From: Candidatus Pelagibacter sp.
GTDB taxonomy: Bacteria > Pseudomonadota > Alphaproteobacteria > Paracaedibacterales > CAIOTO01
Assembly (NCBI GenBank): GCA_013823725.1
Contig: PNMQ01000004.1
Location: 119,156-183,155, forward strand
Direction: 5' to 3'
Length of the DNA: 64,000 nucleotides
In this document: positions 54,330 through 63,219 of the stretch, in pieces
Position numbering within the stretch: position 1 is the stretch's first letter
How the letters are laid out: each line of letters starts with the position of its first letter
Made by a program: the position numbers and the translations under genes
The notes under the pieces: model-generated
What the model was told of the DNA's origin: nothing
Database searches by the model: none
The model's input: the letters and a program-made list of their open reading frames with translations, nothing else

Positions 54330-55885
54330 TCAGAAACCATTTCTTGAATTAACTGAATTGTATTTTCAATACCGTACAAAGCGATAAACGAGCCCATACG
54401 AGGACCTTCTTTTTGACCCAACAAAACTTCATACAAACAAGCAAACCAGTCTCTGAGGTTTTCAAAATGATGTCTCTTCCCAACATTAAAAACTAGTTCT
54501 TGCAATTGGTCTGTCAGTGCATTTTTATCCATTTCAATCAAAGAACTTTTCAGATCTAAAATTGCAGCTTTTTCAATATCTGTAGGCTGACGATACGTTT
54601 TATGCGGAGCTATAAAATCGTGATAATAATCGATAGCATATCCAATTAATTGATCTAAATAGGTAGATGATACATCATTTAAACCCGTAACATATTTATC
54701 AATAAATCCACGTAAAATGACAGCATCTTCTGCATGACAGACAGATGCTAAATTCAACAGCATTCCAAAACTTAAACCTTGCAGATCAAGATCTGGAGTT
54801 TGGTTTTTATGAATATGATAAACTGGATTATCCGCATTAAAATTAGCTTTGAAATTTTTAACCTGAGTGATGTATTCATCTACAGCTTTTGGGATCACAT
54901 CAAAATAAAGTCTCTTTGCCTTTTTTGGGGCTTGAAACATATAATAAGACAAGCTTTCCTTTGGTGCATATTTAAGCCACTCTTCAATACTTAAACCATT
55001 TCCTTTGGACTTTGATATCTTTTGACCAATATCATCCAAAAATAGTTCATACGTCAAATTTTCAGGAGAACGACCACCTAAAACACGACAAATCTGGCTG
55101 GAGTACTTCACCGAATCAATCAGATCTTTTCCAGACATTTCATAGTCAACACCTAATTCCATCCAACGCATACCCCAATCGACTTTCCATTGAAGTTTAC
55201 AGGCACCACCTGTTATAGGAGACTCAACGAATTGTCCATTTTCAGGGTCTTTATACACAATGGTAAAACTATCTGCTTTTAATTCTTCCATTTTGACTTG
55301 AAGAACAACACCCGTTCTTGGACATATGGGTAGAAAAGGACTGTACGTTTGGCGCCTCTCTTCTCGTAACGAGGGCAACATTAAAGCCATGATTTCTTCA
55401 TAATGATTGAATACTTTTTTTAAAGCATCATCAAAACGACCAGACATGTACCAGTCAGAACTACTTTGAAATTCATATTGAAAGCCAAATGAATCGAGGA
55501 AATCGCGAAGCATGGCATTGTTATGATGACCAAAACTTTCAAATTTACCAAAGGGATCTGGAACTTTTGTAAGAGGCTTTCCTAAATGTTGAGCAACCAT
55601 TTCTTTTTGCGGAATATTGTCCGGAACTTTGCGAAGGCCGTCCATATCATCTGAAAAAGCAAACAAACGCGTTGGAATATCTGACAGCTGTGAAAACGCA
55701 TGACGAACCATGGTTGTACGTAAAACTTCACCAAATGTGCCAATATGAGGAAGACCTGATGGCCCATAACCGGTTTCAAACAACACATAGGGTTTGCTTT
55801 GTTTTTTTTGAGATTGAAGACGATTTAAAATTTTACGTGCTTCTTCAAAAGGCCACGATTTACATTCAACTAACGAGGAACTCAT
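54326..55885 (-). CDS. lysK: Lysine--tRNA ligase, class I
   Basis: Class I motifs GPSGLPHIGTFGE and KISKSKGNG. About 520 aa, as in alphaproteobacterial and archaeal class I LysRS. Confidence 0.9.
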   Translation of the reverse strand: MSSSLVECKSWPFEEARKILNRLQSQKKQSKPYVLFETGYGPSGLPHIGTFGEVLRTTMVRHAFSQLSDIPTRLFAFSDDMDGLRKVPDNIPQKEMVAQHLGKPLTKVPDPFGKFESFGHHNNAMLRDFLDSFGFQYEFQSSSDWYMSGRFDDALKKVFNHYEEIMALMLPSLREERRQTYSPFLPICPRTGVVLQVKMEELKADSFTIVYKDPENGQFVESPITGGACKLQWKVDWGMRWMELGVDYEMSGKDLIDSVKYSSQICRVLGGRSPENLTYELFLDDIGQKISKSKGNGLSIEEWLKYAPKESLSYYMFQAPKKAKRLYFDVIPKAVDEYITQVKNFKANFNADNPVYHIHKNQTPDLDLQGLSFGMLLNLASVCHAEDAVILRGFIDKYVTGLNDVSSTYLDQLIGYAIDYYHDFIAPHKTYRQPTDIEKAAILDLKSSLIEMDKNALTDQLQELVFNVGKRHHFENLRDWFACLYEVLLGQKEGPRMGSFIALYGIENTIQLIQEMVSE

Positions 55886-55948
55886 TTATTTTCTTAATTA
55901 TTATCAACATGATCTTATTTTAGACCTTGCACCGTTAAAACTCAAGCA

Positions 55949-56563
55949 TCACTTCATTCCAAGGTATTTAATCCAAACTCCAAAATAAAAAAAGTATCCT
56001 ATCGGAAACAACATCAAGAATGCATATGAACAAAGATTTGCATTCCAAACGATTTTTTTTAAGTCCTTTAGTTCAATTTTAGATTTCACAAATCCATAAT
56101 TAACGTGCAATTCAATCCAATACGAGGCAAGAAAGCAGGGAACCATTAAAACAGTATATGCTACGGGTATCATCCAATATAACTGTTGCTCAAAAGGAAT
56201 AAGCCATGCCGCCTGAACTGTAACACCATATATATATTCCCAATTTCCCCAGTCATGACCATGACCTCCTCCCGGCAAGACCATTTGAATCTTCATCAGA
56301 ACAAACCAAACAAAGGGCATACCAAAAAGAGTCGATATAATATTAGAAAATCTAACCATTTGCACAATTTCTCTTTTTTCAATTTTATGCTGTTTTAAGA
56401 TTTCACTTTTTTGCATATAACGAGACTCAATTAGAATTACAAACAATAAGCTTATAATTGCAGGAGGCCAAATAGCACCTAACATAGGAACTCCTGCATT
56501 AGCCTGAGCAAAATTTACAAATAATAAAAATACATACAAAAATCTTATCGCTTTGTATGGCAT
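55949..56563 (-). CDS. Hypothetical polytopic membrane protein
   Basis: 204-aa ORF with about 5 hydrophobic segments and a GGGHGHDWGNWEY loop. No family recognised. Confidence 0.45.
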   Translation of the reverse strand: MPYKAIRFLYVFLLFVNFAQANAGVPMLGAIWPPAIISLLFVILIESRYMQKSEILKQHKIEKREIVQMVRFSNIISTLFGMPFVWFVLMKIQMVLPGGGHGHDWGNWEYIYGVTVQAAWLIPFEQQLYWMIPVAYTVLMVPCFLASYWIELHVNYGFVKSKIELKDLKKIVWNANLCSYAFLMLFPIGYFFYFGVWIKYLGMK

Positions 56564-56675
56564 GTAACTCTCAATTATTTTCTAAGCTATTTCTTTTATA
56601 TCTTAAATCTTTTTCAAAAAATCCCTTAGGTTTATTTCAAAAAATCGTTTAAAATTTTTAAAAATACATTTTCTA

Positions 56676-57218
56676 ATGTTTATGCAATATTTAAAAAAAA
56701 TCAATTTATCTATTTTTGTATGCACTACTCTTTCATCATGCATCATACAGCCCTTATATAAAAATACCGATTCTGCAATAAATGACGCCTTTCACAATAA
56801 AAATGTTGAACTTGATATTGTTTGCTCAAAATTGCCTTTAAAGGTTTGTTCTAGATTCAAATCGCAACTTGCTTACAAAATGAAATCTATCGATGTTCCC
56901 GGTCTTAAAAAAATCTACATCAATCTTTCTTACACAACTGGTGACATTGCCATAAGTGAAAAAGCCAAAACTTTCCGAAAACAATCGCAACTCAAAGTAG
57001 AAGGCTTTTCGAAATGGGAAGAAGAAAAATCAGGATTATGCATAAAAAATTATAATACTCCTATCAAACTTACAAAAGTATCTTCTTTTGGTGTGGATCC
57101 TCAAATGGAATGGGCATCCCATATGGCTGAAGAATCCCGATTACTAATGCTGATCGACCCTCTTGTTGAAAATATTATGCAAGCAATAAGTGTAAAAAAA
57201 ATTAATTTAAGGAGTTGA
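56676..57218 (+). CDS. Lipoprotein, possibly LPS-assembly lipoprotein LptE
   Basis: A lipobox (LSSC) is followed immediately by IIQPLY; alphaproteobacterial LptE typically starts C-GF-x-PLY. The size is about 170 aa. The usual leuS neighbourhood is absent. Confidence 0.35.
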   Translation: MFMQYLKKINLSIFVCTTLSSCIIQPLYKNTDSAINDAFHNKNVELDIVCSKLPLKVCSRFKSQLAYKMKSIDVPGLKKIYINLSYTTGDIAISEKAKTFRKQSQLKVEGFSKWEEEKSGLCIKNYNTPIKLTKVSSFGVDPQMEWASHMAEESRLLMLIDPLVENIMQAISVKKINLRS

Positions 57219-57288
57219 ATTAATTCATTATTAATTTTTCTATCTTACTATTTTTGTAATATATCTAAGCTTACAAAGGGAAATTACA

Positions 57289-57750
57289 ATGAAAAAATCT
57301 ATATCACTCGCATTAATGATATTATCTTCATTCATCATTAATGCAAATGGAGATACTATTCTCCCTAATCCTGCTCCAGTCCAACAACAACGCTTAGCTT
57401 GCCCTGAAGGACAATTAAAAGTTAACGTCAACGATGATTCTCCTGATGCACCAAGCACATATGCATGCATTCCTGGTGCTCTTCCAGATTGTTCTGGTTT
57501 AATAGCAGGAAAATGTCCATTAGGACATGCATGTGTTAACAGCGCACAACCCAATACTCCAGCAACTCATAGCTGTGTAGCAGTATGTGAAGGAACACAA
57601 ACCGGGGTGTGCAAAAGGAATCGCACATGTGTTAATTCTGCACCAGCAGGACAGCCCGCATCTTATTCATGCGAAAAAAATCAACCCCAAGTTGTAAGCA
57701 ATGTCCCAGTTGTAACTACTGGCAATGAAGGAACAACTGACACGAAATAA
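57289..57750 (+). CDS. Small secreted Cys/Pro/Ala-rich protein with three C-x5-C-VNS-x(7-8)-SC-type repeats (ORFan)
   Basis: Signal peptide (MKKSISLALMILSSFIINANG) and 10 Cys residues. Repeats: CPEGQLKVNVNDDSPDAPSTYAC, CPLGHACVNSAQPNTPATHSC and CKRNRTCVNSAPAGQPASYSC. A terminator follows the gene. Confidence 0.6.
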   Translation: MKKSISLALMILSSFIINANGDTILPNPAPVQQQRLACPEGQLKVNVNDDSPDAPSTYACIPGALPDCSGLIAGKCPLGHACVNSAQPNTPATHSCVAVCEGTQTGVCKRNRTCVNSAPAGQPASYSCEKNQPQVVSNVPVVTTGNEGTTDTK

Positions 57751-57802
57751 TCATATACCCCTTCAAACTTTATAAGTTACCATTCAAAATAAAAAAATAA
57801 AA

Positions 57803-57829
57803 AGCTGTATTTAAAAATACAGCTTTTTT
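57803..57829 (+). terminator. Rho-independent terminator
   Basis: Stem AGCTGTAT/ATACAGCT with loop TTAAAA, followed by TTTTTT. Confidence 0.6.
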
Positions 57830-57870
57830 AATATGATTTAATTTATTATTAGTACTAAAATAATATTATT

Positions 57871-59010
57871 ATGAAAATTTTATTAGAGAAAAAAATGAAA
57901 ACATTGTTTACAATATCCATACTTTTTTTTCTAACGTATTCAGCTTTTTCTGCGATAAAAAGAAACACCATGCCCTTTAAAGATTCACAAACATGTTTAA
58001 ATGACTATATAAAAGAAAATGACATAGACCAAAGTCTTTTTACTAAAAATCCCACCATTTATTTAGATCAATTAAGAAATGTCATTTTTATCTTAATATC
58101 AAAAGATTCTGCAACAAAAATAAAGAAGTATGCCACTCTAAAATTCATTCATTTATTGAAAAATGACCACATAAACCCTGGCGACAAGCAGAATGTTATT
58201 AACCAAATTTTTGAATATCTTATCCATCAAATATATTTTGGAAATCCTTACACTAAAAGGTATGCTCAAGCTTTACTTTTTAGGGATAGTGAATTCCTTA
58301 ATCCAAGCCAATCGACAATCAATAATATATTTGAAAACCTTTTCATAAAATCAGACCAACTTGTTCATGACTACACGATCCATAATTTTTTCACAAATCT
58401 CGATCATAGGTATCTCAGGCAAAATAAAAGTACTGAAAGATCTCTGTTTCAAAGACTATGTACTGCTACACATTTAGCACCAAATTTAAATTGGACAAAA
58501 CAAGATCTTGAACAATTACTAAGAGATCAGAGGATTACAGATTCAAAGGGCAAAATATGGTTGCTAAACACTGACCAGTTACCATACTTACAACAGTATC
58601 TTACAGCAAACAAATTAAAGCCAATTAAAATTGCTGCTCAAATCATCTATAACGAATATCATAAAATAACGGCTGCCATCGTTCTAAGCCAGCAACAAAC
58701 TGAAATCGTCTCTGACCAATTCCTGTTGATACTTGAACGAGGGAATATACCATCAAATACTCAATCTGCATCATCATTGCACAGCTTCGCACCAAATAAT
58801 ACAACAAGAACTTCAAGCAGCAGAGAAACAACTATAGATGCTTCTTCGTTGTCTTCGTATGAAGACAAAGATCCGGCTCTTTTAAGTTTTTCTGAGAGAA
58901 AAAAATTATTTGAACGAAATCCACATACAGCAGAAAATCCTCAAAATTATACCGAGAGAAGTAGAAAAAAACAAGACAACAACGACTATCCTAAAACCTT
59001 TTTCTTTTAA
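57871..59010 (+). CDS. Hypothetical secreted helical protein with a Ser/Thr-rich, probably disordered C-terminal tail (ORFan)
   Basis: 379-aa ORF with a signal-like segment (MKTLFTISILFFLTYSAFSA). The helical body is followed by NTQSASSLHSFAPNNTTRTSSSRETTIDASSLSS. Confidence 0.45.
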   Translation: MKILLEKKMKTLFTISILFFLTYSAFSAIKRNTMPFKDSQTCLNDYIKENDIDQSLFTKNPTIYLDQLRNVIFILISKDSATKIKKYATLKFIHLLKNDHINPGDKQNVINQIFEYLIHQIYFGNPYTKRYAQALLFRDSEFLNPSQSTINNIFENLFIKSDQLVHDYTIHNFFTNLDHRYLRQNKSTERSLFQRLCTATHLAPNLNWTKQDLEQLLRDQRITDSKGKIWLLNTDQLPYLQQYLTANKLKPIKIAAQIIYNEYHKITAAIVLSQQQTEIVSDQFLLILERGNIPSNTQSASSLHSFAPNNTTRTSSSRETTIDASSLSSYEDKDPALLSFSERKKLFERNPHTAENPQNYTERSRKKQDNNDYPKTFFF

Positions 59011-59054
59011 AGATTTTAGGATAATCTAAATCAATTAGATATATTTAGCAAGAA

Positions 59055-60542
59055 TTAATTTTTTAGTTTTTTCTCAAGAATCTGATTCACCAATGCAGGA
59101 TTTGCTTTGCCTTGAAAATGCTTTAAAACTGTTCCTACAAAAAAACCAAATAGCTGTTCTTTACCACCTTTATAGGCCACAACTTTATCTGAATTGCTTG
59201 ATAAAATAGAATCTACAGCATTTTCAATAATAGAAGGATCACTAATTTGCTTTAGGCCTTTTTCTTCAACAATTACGGCCGCTTCTTGACCTGTTTCCCA
59301 CATTTGCAAGAACACATCTTTTGCAATTTTTCCAGAAATCACATCAGTTAAAATCAATGTGACAAGATTCGATAATTGCTCTGCTGATATAGGAGAAGAA
59401 TCTAGTGTTAAACTATTTTTATTTAAAGCACCGAACAGTTCCGATATCAACCAGTTTGCTAAAATTTTTGGACCTTGATTATTTTGCAAATCTACACTTA
59501 AAGTATTTACCGCTGTTTCATAAAAGGTGCTAATATCGCGCTCTGAAACAATAATATCAGCATCATAAGCAGACAAACCGTATTGTTCAATCAGACGCTT
59601 TTTTTTCTCATCAGGAAGTTCTGGCATACTTTTGATAATAGCATCAATTCTTTCTTGCTCTAAAACCAGAGGTTTTAAATCAGGATCAGGGAAGTAACGA
59701 TAATCATGAGCATCTTCTTTACTTCTCATGGTACGTGTTTCACCTTTACCTGGATCAAACAATCGTGTTTCTTGGTCAACAGTTCCACCAGATTCCAAAA
59801 TTTTTAATTGTCTAGCCACTTCAAAATCAATGGCTTGACCTAAAAATTTCACAGAGTTAAGGTTTTTAATTTCAGCGCGTGTACCGAACGGAGTACCTGG
59901 ACGGTGAAGTGAAACGTTTGCATCAACACGAAGACTTCCTTCTTCCATGTTGCCATCACATGTTTGAAGATAGCGCAATAATGTTCTTAATTTCTTCACA
60001 TAAGACTGAGCTTGTGAAGAACTATGAATTTCAGGTTCTGAAACAATTTCCATCAGCGCCACGCCTGCACGATTCAAATCGATATAGGTTTCACTAGGGT
60101 GGATGTCGTGAATGCTTTTTCCTGCATCTTGTTCAAGATGAATACGTTGTACACCAATCTTTTTTTCTTCTCCATTTTCAAGATCAATGGTTATATACCC
60201 GCCTAGAACAATAGGGTGATAAAATTGTGAAATCTGATAACCTAAAGGAAGATCAGCATAAAAATAATTTTTACGATCAAAAGCCGAATACTTTTGAATA
60301 TTACCATGAATTCCCAAACCCGTCTTAATAGCTTGATCAACACAAAACGTATTAAGAACAGGTAACGTTCCAGGCAATCCAGCGTCTAAAAATGCAACTT
60401 GCGTATTTGGATCAGCTCCAAATGATGCACTAGATCCAGAAAAAAGTTTGGATTTCGAGGATACCTGAGCATGAACTTCAAGACCAATAACGATTTCCCA
60501 CAAACCGGTTTGGCCTTCTACAAAAATAGTATTATCTGACAT
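59055..60542 (-). CDS. gatB: Asp/Glu-tRNA amidotransferase subunit B
   Basis: Full-length match to GatB (WEIVIGLEVHAQ, HLEQDAGKS, DYRYFPDPDL). Confidence 0.97.
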   Translation of the reverse strand: MSDNTIFVEGQTGLWEIVIGLEVHAQVSSKSKLFSGSSASFGADPNTQVAFLDAGLPGTLPVLNTFCVDQAIKTGLGIHGNIQKYSAFDRKNYFYADLPLGYQISQFYHPIVLGGYITIDLENGEEKKIGVQRIHLEQDAGKSIHDIHPSETYIDLNRAGVALMEIVSEPEIHSSSQAQSYVKKLRTLLRYLQTCDGNMEEGSLRVDANVSLHRPGTPFGTRAEIKNLNSVKFLGQAIDFEVARQLKILESGGTVDQETRLFDPGKGETRTMRSKEDAHDYRYFPDPDLKPLVLEQERIDAIIKSMPELPDEKKKRLIEQYGLSAYDADIIVSERDISTFYETAVNTLSVDLQNNQGPKILANWLISELFGALNKNSLTLDSSPISAEQLSNLVTLILTDVISGKIAKDVFLQMWETGQEAAVIVEEKGLKQISDPSIIENAVDSILSSNSDKVVAYKGGKEQLFGFFVGTVLKHFQGKANPALVNQILEKKLKN

Positions 60543-60550
60543 GAAAACCT

Positions 60551-62023
60551 CTAAAATATTTCTTTAAACGGTAAATTAAATTTCGCTGATTGCTCTATCA
60601 CAAGCCCCGCATTCAAAATTGTCTGTTCATCAAAATGGCGACCAATAATTTGAAATCCTAGAGGTAGCTCTTCTGAAGTTAATCCACTGGGCACAGAAAT
60701 AGCAGGAAGACCAGCGATGTTTGCCGTCACCGTAAAGATATCGTTTAAATACATTTGCACAGGATCTTTAGGGCTTTCGTCTAATCCAAAAGCAGCAGAA
60801 GGTGTTGTAGGTGTGCAAATCACATCCACAGATTCAAATGCTTTTTTGAATTCGTATTTTATGGCCTGACGTACTTTTTGAGCTTTTGAATAATACGCAT
60901 CATAAAAACCAGACGATAAAACATAAGTCCCTATTAAAATTCTACGTTGCACTTCTTCACCAAAACCATCGGATCGAGTTCTGGTGTACATGTCATCTAA
61001 AGTTTCACCTTCGATTCGAACGCCATAACGCAAGCCGTCGTAACGCGAAAGATTGGATGATGCTTCAGCAGGAGCAATAATGTAATACGTTGCTAATGCA
61101 TACGATGCTAAGTTAATAGTCACATCAACTACTTCTGCACCTGCTTCTTTTAACCACGTTATGCTTTGCTCAAAATTGGCTTTTATTTCAGGTTTTAAAC
61201 CTTCCAAAAGGTGGTAAGGCACACCGACTTTAAGACCTTTAATATTAGTATTTAAATTTTTCGAAAATTGCTCTACTGCTTTATTCTCTGTTGTTGCATC
61301 TTTTAAATCATATCCTGATATTGATTCTAAAATCAAAGCAGCATCAGCAACTGAACGCGTAATTGGCCCTGCTTGATCCAGTGATGAGGCAAAAGCAACC
61401 ATGCCATATCTAGAACAACGTCCATAGGTCGGTTTTATACCCACTAATCCACAAAAAGCTGCTGGCTGACGAATAGACCCACCTGTGTCTGATCCCAAAG
61501 CAGCAACACACAAATGTGCAGAAACTGCAGCAGAAGAACCACCCGAAGAACCACCAGGCACTAAACTTTGAGTAGGATTACTTTTCTTTTTCCAAGGACT
61601 AATAACAGGCCCCCAATAACTATTTTGATTCGTAGATCCCATTGCAAATTCGTCCATATTGAGTTTACCGAGACACAAAGCGCCTTTATTCCAAAGATTT
61701 TGGGTCACGGTGGATTCAAAAGGAGGAACATAATTGGATAATATTTTAGAAGCTGCTGTTGTTCGCAAATCTTTGGTACAAAACAAATCCTTAATACCCA
61801 ATGGTAAACCGTCTAACGCTAATGCTTCGCCTTTAGCATATCGTTGGTCAGACGCTTTTGCTTGTTCAATAGCTTTATCAAAATTATCAAAAACATAAGC
61901 GTTTAAAACTCTGCTTTGTTCAATTCTTGCAATATATGCTTTTGTAACTTCTTCAGACGTACATTGTTTGTTTTGAAGTTGCTGTCTAAGCGCTACAGCA
62001 CTCAATTTTAAAAGATCATTCAT
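60551..62023 (-). CDS. gatA: Glutamyl-tRNA(Gln) amidotransferase subunit A
   Basis: Amidase signature GGSSGGSSAAV...GSDTGGSIRQPA. Confidence 0.97.
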   Translation of the reverse strand: MNDLLKLSAVALRQQLQNKQCTSEEVTKAYIARIEQSRVLNAYVFDNFDKAIEQAKASDQRYAKGEALALDGLPLGIKDLFCTKDLRTTAASKILSNYVPPFESTVTQNLWNKGALCLGKLNMDEFAMGSTNQNSYWGPVISPWKKKSNPTQSLVPGGSSGGSSAAVSAHLCVAALGSDTGGSIRQPAAFCGLVGIKPTYGRCSRYGMVAFASSLDQAGPITRSVADAALILESISGYDLKDATTENKAVEQFSKNLNTNIKGLKVGVPYHLLEGLKPEIKANFEQSITWLKEAGAEVVDVTINLASYALATYYIIAPAEASSNLSRYDGLRYGVRIEGETLDDMYTRTRSDGFGEEVQRRILIGTYVLSSGFYDAYYSKAQKVRQAIKYEFKKAFESVDVICTPTTPSAAFGLDESPKDPVQMYLNDIFTVTANIAGLPAISVPSGLTSEELPLGFQIIGRHFDEQTILNAGLVIEQSAKFNLPFKEIF

Positions 62024-62049
62024 TCACTAAACCTTTTTATTTTTTATTA

Positions 62050-62337
62050 CTATTCTACAACTTTAGCCACAACAAACATGTCATGCTTTACAGAAGGGGC
62101 ATTTTTCAAAATTGATTTCACATCGTTAGCTTGCGCCACTGCATCTTCTCTTTCATGCATCTGAGGCGCCATGTTTTCAGCTGTAAGCTGTTCTAGATTG
62201 ATTTCAAGATCCTGAAGCTGCTGAATCCATTCGAAAATAGAATTTAATTTATGAGTGGCATCATTCATTTGGTCTTCTTTCAAGTTAAGACGAGACAAAT
62301 GTGCAATTTTTTTTACTTCATCATAAGATAGAGTCAT
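62050..62337 (-). CDS. gatC: Asp/Glu-tRNA amidotransferase subunit C
   Basis: 95 aa, VKKIAHLSRLNL motif, immediately upstream of gatA. Confidence 0.9.
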   Translation of the reverse strand: MTLSYDEVKKIAHLSRLNLKEDQMNDATHKLNSIFEWIQQLQDLEINLEQLTAENMAPQMHEREDAVAQANDVKSILKNAPSVKHDMFVVAKVVE

Positions 62338-62530
62338 ATGTATTTTTTTATTAATAGTCTATGTTATAGACAAACATAATTTGCTTATTTCGTCAAGTTT
62401 TAAGAGGAAATATAGATTCATTACCTTAAAAATATATAGTTTCTAACGCACCCAATTTTCATTAATTTTTTTCTTTTTCTTTTTTGATTTTAATATATGA
62501 TTTAAAACAGATTTTTTATCCCGCGCTATT

Positions 62531-63208
62531 ATGAAAATTTTATCGTCTCAATATGCTAAACTTGCCCTTTTATTTTTAATCTTTTCTAATATAGAAAGCC
62601 TTGGCCATGAATCAATTGAAATTGACATGCACAAAGTTAATATCATATATCGATCTCCATCGATCGTTAGCAGTGATATAGAAGGTCAACAAACATCAGC
62701 AGGGATAACTATTCAGGAGCATCCATTCGTAGATATAGAAAATAATGACGTTGTTGCATCTCCAAGAACCAGAAAAGTTATGAACTATACCATGTGTTTT
62801 AATAATGCCCTCCATACCTTATTACCTGTTGCCGCATTAGTTTCTCCAATCAATAATGATTGTAGACTTTTCAGCGTTATCGTTCACAACATGTTCTTTT
62901 TTATTACAGCCTATAACTTAATATCGGTGCCATCCAATATCCAAGAATACAGCATGCATATAAACTCTTTTAAGTTTCCACAAGAAAAATTTTGCATATC
63001 TAAATTGTATAATTCATGCGCTTTTTTGCTTTTATGCACTTCTGCATTTTTTAGTAACAAACAATTTTTGAATTATTCTCGTAATGAAGACTCTCTTATA
63101 TTTGGTTTAGATTTAATTACGCTAAGCATTGTCTTATTAAATTCACTTCATATATCTTCTCAAAAGCTTTGCCCATCAACTTTTGATATGGGTTATAACA
63201 CTATGTAA
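62531..63208 (+). CDS. Hypothetical membrane protein (ORFan)
   Basis: 225-aa ORF with an N-terminal signal/anchor and about 3 further hydrophobic segments. No motif recognised. Confidence 0.4.
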   Translation: MKILSSQYAKLALLFLIFSNIESLGHESIEIDMHKVNIIYRSPSIVSSDIEGQQTSAGITIQEHPFVDIENNDVVASPRTRKVMNYTMCFNNALHTLLPVAALVSPINNDCRLFSVIVHNMFFFITAYNLISVPSNIQEYSMHINSFKFPQEKFCISKLYNSCAFLLLCTSAFFSNKQFLNYSRNEDSLIFGLDLITLSIVLLNSLHISSQKLCPSTFDMGYNTM

Positions 63209-63219
63209 ACTTTTTCATA

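Noticed and set aside
57240-57554. A 104-aa minus-strand ORF opposite the small Cys-repeat gene.
   Set aside because: It is open only because the local GC is high. The plus-strand frame has a signal peptide, a regular Cys repeat and a terminator, while the minus frame has none of these.
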